Positions 37,401-51,038 of a stretch of DNA of 64,000 nt are shown here, in pieces. The position numbers were made by a program, and so were the translations under genes. The stretch comes from Macrostomum lignano (Eukaryota). The notes beneath the pieces were generated by a model. It did no database searches. It was given only the letters and a program-made list of their open reading frames with translations, and had not been told where the DNA came from. Numbering within the stretch: position 1 is the first letter of the stretch; each line of letters opens with the position of its first letter. The DNA lies in assembly GCA_002269645.1 (NCBI GenBank), contig NIVC01002693.1, forward strand, positions 62,001-126,000, in the 5' to 3' direction.

Positions 37401-38886
37401 CATGTACACCCTACCAAATGGCACTCGAGCCACAGGTGCCAAGCGGCCCCCCGAAATGTACGCCGCGGGCGCCCCCCTCCCGAGCCGAAGGTACACTCTT
37501 CCAATATGAGTGTACACTCTCCCAATACAAGTGTACACTCTCCCGATATGAGTGTACATCGATTTGTAGTCAACAATACCTATTAACACAAAATTAGGCT
37601 AGTGAAAACTACTTATAGTAGGTGAAATTGCGTATATTTACGTAAAAAGTAAGCAAAACACATATTAATCACATCAGTAGGTGTAAATATCAGGGCATAA
37701 TACATATTACGAAACATATAGGTGTACGGACATATAGAATTAAGCATATGGACAGCAAAAACACACAATGTAGGTGCATTTATCGATATTTTGGCAGAAA
37801 AGTAGGTGAAATAGACAAAATAGTAGGTATAATTCACAGAACCTACTCATTAGTGTAGTAGGCGCTTGTAGATGCTAGTATATTGTAAAACATAGGTTGA
37901 AATACACATACGCACAGTAGATACAAGTATAATGCAGGTGCATATGCACACACTGTAGATTCGAATTATGTAGATGCATAGGCTAAAATACACACATCGT
38001 AGAGACAGAAGCAGGCATAATGCAGGAAAATTATGATACATATTAGTGCGTAAAGTATCATATTATGACACGCTGTAGCACATATTGACATAATGCAGGG
38101 GAAAATATTGACAGAAATAGTACACAATTGTAGAGGTAACAACCCGCCAACTAGTAAGGGCATCCAGCACTTGTTCAGGTTTTTATTATTTCGAGACGAG
38201 TGTCATGCCCCCGCAAGAGATCTTATCAGAAATTTGTTGAACTCCACTGCAACTCTCCCCAGAGCCTCCAAATGCGAGTTTTTAACCCAGGGTCGAGTAC
38301 AAAGGACCCGCCCACTCTTAACCCCAAGGGGTGATCCTAGCGGAGACCAAGTACAGTGCGGACGGAGAGGGATAACAGAAAGCGCTGCACTGCACCAGAC
38401 CGTGGGGCTGCATTCCTCCCCCGAGGTAGGCGCGTCAGCTCCCACTCCTCATTTAACCATCAAGTAAACTAAAGAAGTCAAGCAGAAAGCCTTACTATCA
38501 CCTGCAGCCAGCACAAGTAAGAGTACTTTCCACTAGAGAGCTATAGTGCAAGATTCGCGAGCCAAGTTGAAGCACACCAAATTACACTAAAGACATATGT
38601 ATTAAAAAGCATACCGGCACCTCTACAAAAACACAGTATGTACCGATTAAAGTTGCTTTTGGTGCAGTGTATTTAATAAAAAGCAGGTACCTAACACAAA
38701 AGTAGGCATCAATGCAGTGCACGGACTAAACTGTATTTACAAACGCAGGGCAACGAACTACACACAATGTAGCGCATAGACATAATTGTACGCATAAATG
38801 TACGCAATTTCCGGTATATAGGACCACATGTACGCAAATGTACACAATGTACACAAACAAACACACACACACACACACACACACAC
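34493..38886 (+). repeat. Left inverted arm (~4.39 kb)
   Basis: Reverse complement of ~46645-51038; I noticed only a few differences. It ends in (CA)n. Confidence 0.95.
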
Positions 38887-38891
38887 AATCA

Positions 38892-41800
38892 CGCACCGGG
38901 CACTTGTTGGTACGGTATACAATGGTGGGCACTTATTTTGCAATTTTTTTTGACACACGAAAACACACACATACACACAGTGCAATGACCTATTAAGTAT
39001 TTTTAGCATTTAAATGATGAAAAAAAGCATACATTGAAATAAAAAAGCACGTCCCATACTAATAGTATGATCTATTGAAAGTGAAGGAATAGCATATCAT
39101 CGTGTAACTATATTGTCCTCAGTCCAGCGAATTCAGCATTACTTGAAATACAAAAGGCTTCGTTAAAGCCAATCCACATGAAGGAAAAACTAGTTACAAG
39201 CAGTCTATTTACCTTTACCTTTACTAATACGCTATAATGCTGTACGCAATATGCCTGACTAATATGAATAAAAAATTCAATTACACTTGCGCTTAGAAAA
39301 AAACCTAAAATTGACAGTGAAACTGAAAAACTGAAACGCAGAGATTAGTTAAGCAGATTAAACAACAAATTCCGGTCGAGTGAGAAAACAGGAGTCTCGT
39401 TATTTAGAGCACTCTGGCATCCAGCATTACGCTCGTAGACTATTAGCTGCTCTCCTGAGTTCGAAGCTGACAGGTCAGTTGCAGTCGGCATCGATTGAGT
39501 CGACTGCCAATTTAGTCAATGGGTTTCGTTTCTTCTTTTCACTGGAACCTGTGGTGGGATTAGCAAAAGATCGATTTCGCATATCGATTTAGTGATTTCA
39601 AGGACGACAAAATCATTCTTCTCTGCATGTCAGCTCCAGAAGATGCTAGTTTGCTTGCAGCTTTCTGTAGGAGCATTCTACTTTAGTAAAGTATACCCAT
39701 TCTAAAATAAGCTGTTTTTAATATGTCCCAACAAGTCTCTGTGCAGTGTGTCATCCGTTTGCCCATCAATTTGTTCTGGAGCCCTTTATTAATTGAGTTC
39801 TTTAGGTGACTTAACAAATGCGGAAAAAACTAGACACACACACAGTGGCCCAACACTTCGTGTCCCAATAATTGCTAGGAAAAATGCACTGCAGTGTTTA
39901 AGCATCTCTTCTGAGGGGCCCTTGCATGCATAGCTATAGAATCTGCTAAGACCCGATCTGAGAGTTAAAAGTACAAAAAGTTATAACGCTTCTAGACACG
40001 AAAACGAATGCAGCCACAGCATGAACTAACCTTTCATTGAAGCTTCTGCTTAAGACTTTGATGCTGTGAAGCATTCTGGCATCTAGCATTACTCTCGTAG
40101 ACTATTAGCTGCTCTCCTGAGTTCGAAGCTGACAGGTCAGTTGCAGTCGGCATCGATTGAGTCGACTGCCAATTTAGTCAATGGGTTTCGTTTCTTCTTT
40201 TCATGGAACCTGTGGTGGGATTAGCAAAAGATCGATTTCGCATATCGATTTAGTGATTTCAAGGACGACAAAATCATTCTTCTCTGCATGTCAGCTCCAG
40301 AAGATGCTAGTTTGCTTGCAGCTTTCTGTAGGAGCATTCTACTTTAGTAAAGTGTACCCATTCTAAAATAAGCTGTTTTTAATATGTCCCAACAAGTCTC
40401 TGTGCAGTGTGTCATCCGTTTGCCCATCAATTTGTTCTGGAGCCCTTTATTAATTGAGTTCTTTAGGTGACTTAACAAATGCGGAAAAAACTAGACACAC
40501 ACACAGTGGCCCAACACTTCGTGTCCCAATAATTGCTAGGAAAAATGCACTGCAGTGTTTAAGCATCTCTCTGAGGGGCCCTTGCATGCATAGCTATAGA
40601 ATCTGCTAAGACCCGATCTGAGAGTTAAAAGTACAAAAAGTTATAACGCTTCTAGACACGAAAACGAATGCAGCCACAGCATGAACTAACCTTTCATTGA
40701 AGCTTCTGCTTAAGACTTTGATGCTGTGAAGCATTCTGGCATCTAGCATTACTCTCGTAGTCTATTAGCTGCTCTCCTGAGTTCGAAGCTGACAGGTCAG
40801 TTGCAGTCGGCATCGATTGAGTCGACTGCCAATTTAGTCAATGGGTTTCGTTTCTTCTTTTCACTGGAACCTGTGGTGGGATTAGCAAAAGATCGATTTC
40901 GCATATCGATTTAGTGATTTCAAGGACGACAAAATCATTCTTCTCTGCATGTCAGCTCCAGAAGATGCTAGTTTGCTTGCAGCTTTCTGTAGGAGCATTC
41001 TACTTTAGTAAAGTGTACCCATTCTAAAATAAGCTGTTTTTAATATGTCCCAACAAGTCTCTGTGCAGTGTGTCATCCGTTTGCCCATCAATTTGTTCTG
41101 GAGCCCTTTATTAATTGAGTTCTTTAGGTGACTTAACAAATGCGGAAAAAACTAGACACACACACAGTGGCCCAACACTTCGTGTCCCAATAATTGCTAG
41201 GAAAAATGCACTGCAGTGTTTAAGCATCTCTCTGAGGGGCCCTTGCATGCATAGCTATAGAATCTGCTAAGACCCGATCTGAGAGTTAAAAGTACAAAAA
41301 GTTATAACGCTTCTAGACACGAAAACGAATGCAGCCACAGCATGAACTAACCTTTCATTGAAGCTTCTGCTTAAGACTTTGATGCTGTGAAGCATTCTGG
41401 CATCTAGCATTACTCTCGTAGTCTATTAGCTGCTCTCCTGAGTTCGAAGCTGACAGGTCAGTTGCAGTCGGCATCGATTGAGTCGACTGCCAATTTAGTC
41501 AATGGGTTTCGTTTCTTCTTTTCACTGGAACCTGTGGTGGGATTAGCAAAAGATCGATTTCGCATATCTGTTTAGTGATTTCAAGGACGACAAAATCATT
41601 CTTCTCTGCATGTCAGCTCCAGAAGATGCTAGTTTGCTTGCAGCTTTCTGTAGGAGCATTCTACTTTAGTAAAGTGTACCCATTCTAAAATAAGCTGTTT
41701 TTAATATGTCCCAACAAGTCTCTGTGCAGTGTGTCATCCGTTTGCCCATCAATTTGTTCTGGAGCCCTTTATTAATTGAGTTCTTTAGGTGACTTAACAA

Positions 41801-44800
41801 ATGCGGAAAAAACTAGACACACACACAGTGGCCCAACACTTCGTGTCCCAATAATTGCTAGGAAAAATGCACTGCAGTGTTTAAGCATCTCCTCTGAGGG
41901 GCCCTTGCATGCATAGCTATAGAATCTGCTAAGACCCGATCTGAGAGTTAAAAGTACAAAAAGTTATAACGCTTCTAGACACGAAAACGAATGCAGCCAC
42001 AGCATGAACTAACCTTTCATTGAAGCTTCTGCTTAAGACTTTGATGCTGTGAAGCATTCTGGCATCTAGCATTACTCTCGTAGACTATTAGCTGCTCTCC
42101 TGAGTTCGAAGCTGACAGGTCAGTTGCAGTCGGCATCGATTGAGTCGACTGCCAATTTAGTCAATGGGTTTCGTTTCTTCTTTTCACTGGAACCTGTGGT
42201 GGGATTAGCAAAAGATCGATTTCGCATATCTGTTTAGTGATTTCAAGGACGACAAAATCATTCTTCTCTGCATGTCAGCTCCAGAAGATGCTAGTTTGCT
42301 TGCAGCTTTCTGTAGGAGCATTCTACTTTAGTAAAGTGTACCCATTCTAAAATAAGCTGTTTTTAATATGTCCCAACAAGTCTCTGTGCAGTGTGTCATC
42401 CGTTTGCCCATCAATTTGTTCTGGAGCCCTTTATTAATTGAGTTCTTTAGGTGACTTAACAAATGCGGAAAAAACTAGACACACACACAGTGGCCCAACA
42501 CTTCGTGTCCCAATAATTGCTAGGAAAAATGCACTGCAGTGTTTAAGCATCTCTCTGAGGGGCCCTTGCATGCATAGCTATAGAATCTGCTAAGACCCGA
42601 TCTGAGAGTTAAAAGTACAAAAAGTTATAACGCTTCTAGACACGAAAACGAATGCAGCCACAGCATGAACTAACCTTTCATTGAAGCTTCTGCTTAAGAC
42701 TTTGATGCTGTGAAGCATTCTGGCATCTAGCATTACTCTCGTAGTCTATTAGCTGCTCTCCTGAGTTCGAAGCTGACAGGTCAGTTGCAGTCGGCATCGA
42801 TTGAGTCGACTGCCAATTTAGTCAATGGGTTTCGTTTCTTCTTTTCACTGGAACCTGTGGTGGGATTAGCAAAAGATCGATTTCGCATATCTGTTTAGTG
42901 ATTTCAAGGACGACAAAATCATTCTTCTCTGCATGTCAGCTCCAGAAGATGCTAGTTTGCTTGCAGCTTTCTGTAGGAGCATTCTACTTTAGTAAAGTGT
43001 ACCCATTCTAAAATAAGCTGTTTTTAATATGTCCCAACAAGTCTCTGTGCAGTGTGTCATCCGTTTGCCCATCAATTTGTTCTGGAGCCCTTTATTAATT
43101 GAGTTCTTTAGGTGACTTAACAAATGCGGAAAAAACTAGACACACACACAGTGGCCCAACACTTCGTGTCCCAATAATTGCTAGGAAAAATGCACTGCAG
43201 TGTTTAAGCATCTCTCTGAGGGGCCCTTGCATGCATAGCTATAGAATCTGCTAAGACCCGATCTGAGAGTTAAAAGTACAAAAAGTTATAACGCTTCTAG
43301 ACACGAAAACGAATGCAGCCACAGCATGAACTAACCTTTCATTGAAGCTTCTGCTTAAGACTTTGATGCTGTGAAGCATTCTGGCATCTAGCATTACTCT
43401 CGTAGTCTATTAGCTGCTCTCCTGAGTTCGAAGCTGACAGGTCAGTTGCAGTCGGCATCGATTGAGTCGACTGCCAATTTAGTCAATGGGTTTCGTTTCT
43501 TCTTTTCACTGGAACCTGTGGTGGGATTAGCAAAAGATCGATTTCGCATATCTGTTTAGTGATTTCAAGGACGACAAAATCATTCTTCTCTGCATGTCAG
43601 CTCCAGAAGATGCTAGTTTGCTTGCAGCTTTCTGTAGGAGCATTCTACTTTAGTAAAGTGTACCCATTCTAAAATAAGCTGTTTTTAATATGTCCCAACA
43701 AGTCTCTGTGCAGTGTGTCATCCGTTTGCCCATCAATTTGTTCTGGAGCCCTTTATTAATTGAGTTCTTTAGGTGACTTAACAAATGCGGAAAAAACTAG
43801 ACACACACACAGTGGCCCAACACTTCGTGTCCCAATAATTGCTAGGAAAAATGCACTGCAGTGTTTAAGCATCTCTCTGAGGGGCCCTTGCATGCATAGC
43901 TATAGAATCTGCTAAGACCCGATCTGAGAGTTAAAAGTACAAAAAGTTATAACGCTTCTAGACACGAAAACGAATGCAGCCACAGCATGAACTAACCTTT
44001 CATTGAAGCTTCTGCTTAAGACTTTGATGCTGTGAAGCATTCTGGCATCTAGCATTACTCTCGTAGTCTATTAGCTGCTCTCCTGAGTTCGAAGCTGACA
44101 GGTCAGTTGCAGTCGGCATCGATTGAGTCGACTGCCAATTTAGTCAATGGGTTTCGTTTCTTCTTTTCACTGGAACCTGTGGTGGGATTAGCAAAAGATC
44201 GATTTCGCATATCTGTTTAGTGATTTCAAGGACGACAAAATCATTCTTCTCTGCATGTCAGCTCCAGAAGATGCTAGTTTGCTTGCAGCTTTCTGTAGGA
44301 GCATTCTACTTTAGTAAAGTATACCCATTCTAAAATAAGCTGTTTTTAATATGTCCCAACAAGTCTCTGTGCAGTGTGTCATCCGTTTGCCCATCAATTT
44401 GTTCTGGAGCCCTTTATTAATTGAGTTCTTTAGGTGACTTAACAAATGCGGAAAAAACTAGACACACACACAGTGGCCCAACACTTCGTGTCCCAATAAT
44501 TGCTAGGAAAAATGCACTGCAGTGTTTAAGCATCTCTCTGAGGGGCCCTTGCATGCATAGCTATAGAATCTGCTAAGACCCGATCTGAGAGTTAAAAGTA
44601 CAAAAAGTTATAACGCTTCTAGACACGAAAACGAATGCAGCCACAGCATGAACTAACCTTTCATTGAAGCTTCTGCTTAAGACTTTGATGCTGTGAAGCA
44701 TTCTGGCATCTAGCATTACTCTCGTAGTCTATTAGCTGCTCTCCTGAGTTCGAAGCTGACAGGTCAGTTGCAGTCGGCATCGATTGAGTCGACTGCCAAT

Positions 44801-46463
44801 TTAGTCAATGGGTTTCGTTTCTTCTTTTCACTGGAACCTGTGGTGGGATTAGCAAAAGATCGATTTCGCATATCGATTTAGTGATTTCAAGGACGACAAA
44901 ATCATTCTTCTCTGCATGTCAGCTCCAGAAGATGCTAGTTTGCTTGCAGCTTTCTGTAGGAGCATTCTACTTTAGTAAAGTGTACCCATTCTAAAATAAG
45001 CTGTTTTTAATATGTCCCAACAAGTCTCTGTGCAGTGTGTCATCCGTTTGCCCATCAATTTGTTCTGGAGCCCTTTATTAATTGAGTTCTTTAGGTGACT
45101 TAACAAATGCGGAAAAAACTAGACACACACACAGTGGCCCAACACTTCGTGTCCCAATAATTGCTAGGAAAAATGCACTGCAGTGTTTAAGCATCTCTTC
45201 TGAGGGGCCCTTGCATGCATAGCTATAGAATCTGCTAAGACCCGATCTGAGAGTTAAAAGTACAAAACTTATAATTTTTGTGGTTGGACACGTAGGCTAT
45301 TGAATGTCAATGGATTCAGACGAAATGTCAAGTTTTACTCAAAGCTTTTACAGCTTACCGGTTAAAGTCGACGGATCCTTTGGCAATTGCGCCACATGGC
45401 AGTTGATCAAAGGTGATATACCTGAAGGAAAGGTAGGTACTGCTTAGCAGGAGCAGTATTTTTTATAGCATTTAAATATAAATGCTTCTTGTTTCCGACA
45501 AAGTTTTTTAATACCACTTACATGTTTATCGCTGTGCCATTCCATGCTGTTCTTTCCATACCATGGTGACTCGGGTGCCATGGCAGAGGCAGAGTTGACC
45601 ATTGATTTCAGCATGGCGAGTACATGCCAATTTTGTTTACCGTACGTTTGCGGGGTGGCGTCAATAATAGACCAAAATAAATGTACACCTAACTAGCAAG
45701 GGGACTCTGGTAAATTGGAGCCATGTACACAGGGGGGTAGGGCTTAGTCCTAACATGTATGGGGTAAGTCCTAATATGAGTGGGCTTTTGTAAACGACAC
45801 TCTAGCACACAGTCCCAACAATTTATAGAATATCGAATGCGCGCAGCAGTCAATAGCATGAGTCCTAACAAGAGTGGGCTGTTGTATTCAACACTGCAAC
45901 ACTGTCCTAACAATTTAGTTCGTGTAGAGTACTGATGCCCATCACAGTCAGAAGTAAATTTAAGCCCTTGTCATTTCTTTAGGTTTATCTCCATCCAGAA
46001 CCATCCTTTGACAATAAAATACCCTTAAAAGTGTTTTGCTATGCTTTGCTTTGTATGTATTTTAATGTATGCTATGTATTTACGTCTTAAAACAAAGACT
46101 GCAGCAAATGAATGCGCTTGAAATCTACTATTAGTAAAAATATGAGAAAAAACCAATAAAAATATGCGGGAGCAGATTAGCCATTTCAGTGTCCCAATAG
46201 TGATTTGGTCGAATTTTGTATCATTTTTCCTTATTGGGACGCCAGTTTTTGCTTATTTATTGACACAGCAAGTAAAATTATTAAAAATGAGTTGCACCAT
46301 CAAAAAGAGGCTGTCGAGCTGAATCCATAGAGTATTTTTTTGAGCTGCTATTGTAACTTTTTTGGAAGTGTTGGACGGACTTGATGGGACAGTCCCAACA
46401 TTTTTTTTGGCCCAACAGTGCGGGTCCCGTTGTACGCGTATGGCCCAACAAATGCCCCGTGCG
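38892..46463. mobile_element. Nested ~7.6-kb non-autonomous TIR element inserted in a (CA)n tract
   Basis: CGCACCGGGCACTTGTTGG (38892-38910) matches the reverse complement of CCAACAAATGCCCCGTGCG (46445-46463) at 17/19. (CA)n flanks both sides in direct orientation. Confidence 0.6.
39409..45270. repeat. ~661-bp tandem array, 8 full units plus ~0.9 unit
   Basis: Unit starts at 39409, 40071, 40731, 41392, 42054, 42715, 43376, 44037 and 44698. Units are almost identical and have no long ORF. Confidence 0.97.
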
Positions 46464-46464
46464 C

Positions 46465-46471
46465 AAACACA

Positions 46472-46516
<45 letters not shown>

Positions 46517-46603
46517 AGGCGTATCCTGCAGAGCGCATCCTGCAGCGCCGATCGCCGCAGGCGATGGCGCCATCGGCAGGAAGCTCTTGCTGTGAATACG
46601 CCT

Positions 46604-46650
<47 letters not shown>
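46465..46650. other. (CA)n - GC-rich hairpin - (TG)n fold-back core
   Basis: TCAGGCGTAT (46515) / ATACGCCTGA (46605) is a perfect 10-bp inverted repeat. Inner stems are TCCTGC/GCAGGA and GCGCCGATCGCC-GCA-GGCGATGGCGC. Confidence 0.85.
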
Positions 46651-46672
<22 letters not shown>

Positions 46673-49600
46673 TTTGTGTACATTGTGTACATTTGCGTAC
46701 ATGTGGTCCTATATACCGGAAATTGCGTACATTTATGCGTACAATTATGTCTATGCGCTACATTGTGTGTAGTTCGTTGCCCTGCGTTTGTAAATACAGT
46801 TTAGTCCGTGCACTGCATTGATGCCTACTTTTGTGTTAGGTACCTGCTTTTTATTAAATACACTGCACCAAAAGCAACTTTAATCGGTACATACTGTGTT
46901 TTTGTAGAGGTGCCGGTATGCTTTTTAATACATATGTCTTTAGTGTAATTTGGTGTGCTTCAACTTGGCTCGCGAATCTTGCACTATAGCTCTCTAGTGG
47001 AAAGTACTCTTACTTGTGCTGGCTGCAGGTGATAGTAAGGCTTTCTGCTTGACTTCTTTAGTTTACTTGATGGTTAAATGAGGAGTGGGAGCTGACGCGC
47101 CTACCTCGGGGGAGGAATGCAGCCCCACGGTCTGGTGCAGTGCAGCGCTTTCTGTTATCCCTCTCCGTCCGCACTGTACTTGGTCTCCGCTAGGATCACC
47201 CCTTGGGGTTAAGAGTGGGCGGGTCCTTTGTACTCGACCCTGGGTTAAAAACTCGCATTTGGAGGCTCTGGGGAGAGTTGCAGTGGAGTTCAACAAATTT
47301 CTGATAAGATCTCTTGCGGGGGCATGACACTCGTCTCGAAATAATAAAAACCTGAACAAGTGCTGGATGCCCTTACTAGTTGGCGGGTTGTTACCTCTAC
47401 AATTGTGTACTATTTCTGTCAATATTTTCCCCTGCATTATGTCAATATGTGCTACAGCGTGTCATAATATGATACTTTACGCACTAATATGTATCATAAT
47501 TTTCCTGCATTATGCCTGCTTCTGTCTCTACGATGTGTGTATTTTAGCCTATGCATCTACATAATTCGAATCTACAGTGTGTGCATATGCACCTGCATTA
47601 TACTTGTATCTACTGTGCGTATGTGTATTTCAACCTATGTTTTACAATATACTAGCATCTACAAGCGCCTACTACACTAATGAGTAGGTTCTGTGAATTA
47701 TACCTACTATTTTGTCTATTTCACCTACTTTTCTGCCAAAATATCGATAAATGCACCTACATTGTGTGTTTTTGCTGTCCATATGCTTAATTCTATATGT
47801 CCGTACACCTATATGTTTCGTAATATGTATTATGCCCTGATATTTACACCTACTGATGTGATTAATATGTGTTTTGCTTACTTTTTACGTAAATATACGC
47901 AATTTCACCTACTATAAGTAGTTTTCACTAGCCTAATTTTGTGTTAATAGGTATTGTTGACTACAAATCGATGTACACTCATATCGGGAGAGTGTACACT
48001 TGTATTGGGAGAGTGTACACTCATATTGGAAGAGTGTACCTTCGGCTCGGGAGGGGGGGCGCCCGCGGCGTACATTTCGGGGGGCCGCTTGGCACCTGTG
48101 GCTCGAGTGCCATTTGGTAGGGTGTACATGTCGGGGTACATGTCAGTAGGGTCGCCTGCGACATACATGTTGGGTACATGTCGGGAGGGTCGCCTGCGGC
48201 ATACATGTCGGGAGGGTTGCCTGCGTCATACATATCGGGGCGCATGGACGGGGCTCGAGTGGTGTACTCTTTGTGTGAATGCATTCTTGGTGTGTAACTC
48301 TTGACCGTCCCTTCCCTCCAGGAGCACTGCAAGTAGACTAGTATGGCTTGGTATTCGGAGTTGGCGTGTGTACGTAATATACTCTTTGTAATATTTACCT
48401 GACCTGGGTTTGTAAGTTCTAATAACATATAAATGACTACTGCTGACTAGTTGACGCATCTGGATGGTGTGATAAAAACTAGTAACGTACCGCGATTTCG
48501 AGAGAAATCCTAGCACAATACTGTTCTGTCCGGCATGTGGAAAAGTATTTGCCCCGCCTTCGCTTACTCATACTGCACACAGACAAAGCTTATCTGTATT
48601 AGCAATCTGTTCGTGGTGGTTTAGAAGGATACTGTCTTCCTGTATATAGCTCTCTATCCCTTCATCACTCGTAATAACTTCATAAATGCTCGCTTGACCA
48701 ATGGCTGGTACTGAACTAATAATTCATACGATACATAATGGTTAATACTTTCTAACTCCGTACAGCTCACAAGTTTCTACTCTCTACCTTAACAGTAACA
48801 TTAAAATAAAAAAGGTAAAATTTGCTGCTTTTGTGCCTTGTTTGCTTACTTTTCTATTAAAATACTTGCGGTTTATAATTGAAAATGTCTGCTTTTTATT
48901 CAATTTTATGTGGTTTGAAGGTTTATTTTTGCTAAAATGCCTGGTTTCTTATAAAAATTTCTACTCTCGACAATGATTGTGTCAGCTATTTCATTAAAAT
49001 AACCTACTTTTTGAATAAAACGTTGTATTTAAGCCCCTAGTTTTTTCAAAACATAATGGAAACCCTCACAACGCCCTTGGAACCTCCTCAAGCAGCTTAC
49101 ATAGAGCATGCAGACCCCGAAACCCCCTCTAGTGTGCCCTGATTTCAGCGGTCTGACGGTTAACATCTGTATTTTTACACTATATTTTCCTTCATACAGC
49201 AATACAGGAGGGTTTGGAAGAGTGAATCTGGCGGGAGAGGGGGCTTGTGGGGTGATGAGGATGCGTACACACAGTTTAGCCTGTTTTAGCCTACCTTTTG
49301 GGCTAATATACTTACTATTATTACTACCATTATACCTACTATGTACATACTATTATACTACCCACTATTAAATATGCTGCACTAAAACCAACTTTTGATA
49401 ATACATAGCGTGTTTTGGTCGATTCTCCCTCACGTCTCTGCGCCTACACATGTGCTCTGCTCGCTTTGTTCTCTGTTTGTGTACCTCTCTGTAACGTCTC
49501 TGTACGCTCAGACTGGTTTCTCCGTCCCCGCACGCACCTCTACTAAAGTTTGCTGTTACCTACCCCTACACACTGCTCTCTGTCTCCCTCCGCGCACACC

Positions 49601-51038
49601 TCTCTGGCCTTGCATGCAACTTGCATGTCTACTCCCCTGTCCTGCCCTCGCGTGGGTCCCTGTCTATACATGGCTACCGGACCCTACCTCTCTGTGCCTT
49701 GCTCGGAACTCTGTCCCAGGCCCCCTTCACACTTCTCTGTCCCGGGCTGCAACTGGCTACACGCGCCTCTGTTCCCTGCCAGCGTGGCTGCCTACCCCTG
49801 CACACTGATCTCTGTCCCTCCTATCCGCGCCTCTCTATCATCCTATTCCTGCAGCTGACCATGCCGTTCAGCTCTGTCCACGCACGGCTCCACCCCTGCC
49901 CGTGTCTCACTGTACCGCCCTGTGTGGCTCCCTTACCCTGCGCGTTTGCTTCCTATCTCCCTCCTGCTCCATATGTTTCTGTTCCCTCACACTACGCACG
50001 CGTGGCCTGCTCTCTGTCCATACACATCTCTGCTCCTCCATTCTATCCTCGCGTGGCCCCTTGACTGTTCGCATGCCCCTGCATACCCTGCCTGCCTCTC
50101 TGTCCCCTGCAACTGGGGAGGGAGCTCTCTATCCTCTGTACGGCTCTCTCTGTGGGTGTGTGTGTGACTCACACTGTCTCTCTGTCCTAGCATGCGCCTC
50201 TCTATCCGGCTCCTGCAGCAGGCTGTGTTATTCACATCTCTTTCCACCCACCCTCTGCCCGTACACGCTCACTGTACAGGGCTGCGTCAGCATCGGGGTT
50301 AAAACTTCTCGCTCCCTATGCTTCAACAGTATAACAACCTAGTGGCTGGTTCTCTGTCCGCCCCACCCCTCTCTGCCCGTACACGCTCACTGTACAGGGC
50401 TGCGTCAGCATCAGGGTTAAAACTTCTCGCTCCCTATACCCCCAAACCGTGTAGTGGCCTAGTATGGGCGCGACCTGGGTTCGATTTCGCTAGTTGAGAT
50501 GTGGGTGAGAGAGGGGAAGAGGCTAGGTGGGGGCAGGGCGTGAGGTATAGGGTGCCTGCGGGGTACGTATCGTTGACTACATATCGGGAGAGTGTACACC
50601 TGTATTGGGCGAGTGTACACCCATATCGGGAGAGTGGGAGAGTGTACATATCGGGAGAGTGTACTGGGGAGAGTGTACTGGGGAGAGTGTACCTTTGGCT
50701 CGGGAGAGTGTACACTCGGGGCGCCTGCGGCATGGGCGTCTGCGGCTCAGGAGGGTGCGCTTGGGATCTGATTGATTTGGGATCTGATTGATTTGGGATC
50801 TGATTGATTTGGGATCTGATTGATTTGGGATCTGATTGATTTATTGGGATCTAATATCGGGAGGGTGCGCCTGCGGCTGGACGGCGCTTGGCGCCACGCG
50901 CCTGCGGCGCGCGCGCCGAGCGCCGATATCGATACGGGTATCGATCACCTAGTGATCGGGGCGCCAGCCAATGAGAGGCGAGGAGGGTTGACACCCACCC
51001 CCCTCCCAAAATCAACACATCTGCCAGTCCATAGTAGT
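46645..51038 (-). repeat. Right inverted arm (~4.39 kb)
   Basis: Reverse complement of 34493-38886. Confidence 0.95.

Larger units (their letters stand above)
34493..51038. mobile_element. 16.5-kb non-autonomous fold-back element with ~4.4-kb terminal inverted repeats and 6-bp TSD
   Basis: Starts ACTACTAAGGACTGGCAGATGTG and ends CACATCTGCCAGTCCATAGTAGT. ATCCTG flanks it at 34487-34492 and 51039-51044. Mirror-image ORF pairs appear in the track (e.g. 38093-38467+ / 47063-47437-). Confidence 0.85.

Noticed and set aside
34740-38467. ORFs within the fold-back arms (e.g. 35189-36136, 38093-38467)
   Set aside because: Low-complexity or compositionally atypical, with no pPolB, integrase, capsid or transposase motifs. 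They are duplicated only because the arms are identical.
39409-45270. CRISPR-like or snRNA/SL-RNA/5S array
   Set aside because: Units are identical with no spacers, and I recognised no 5S, tRNA, SL or convincing Sm-site structure. An Infernal scan is still advisable.
34493-51038. Inverted arms as a missed-adapter or chimeric-read artefact
   Set aside because: The flanks continue in the same orientation with a coherent TSD, and the arms differ at a few bases with a non-palindromic 7.6-kb interior. Not fully excluded without reads.
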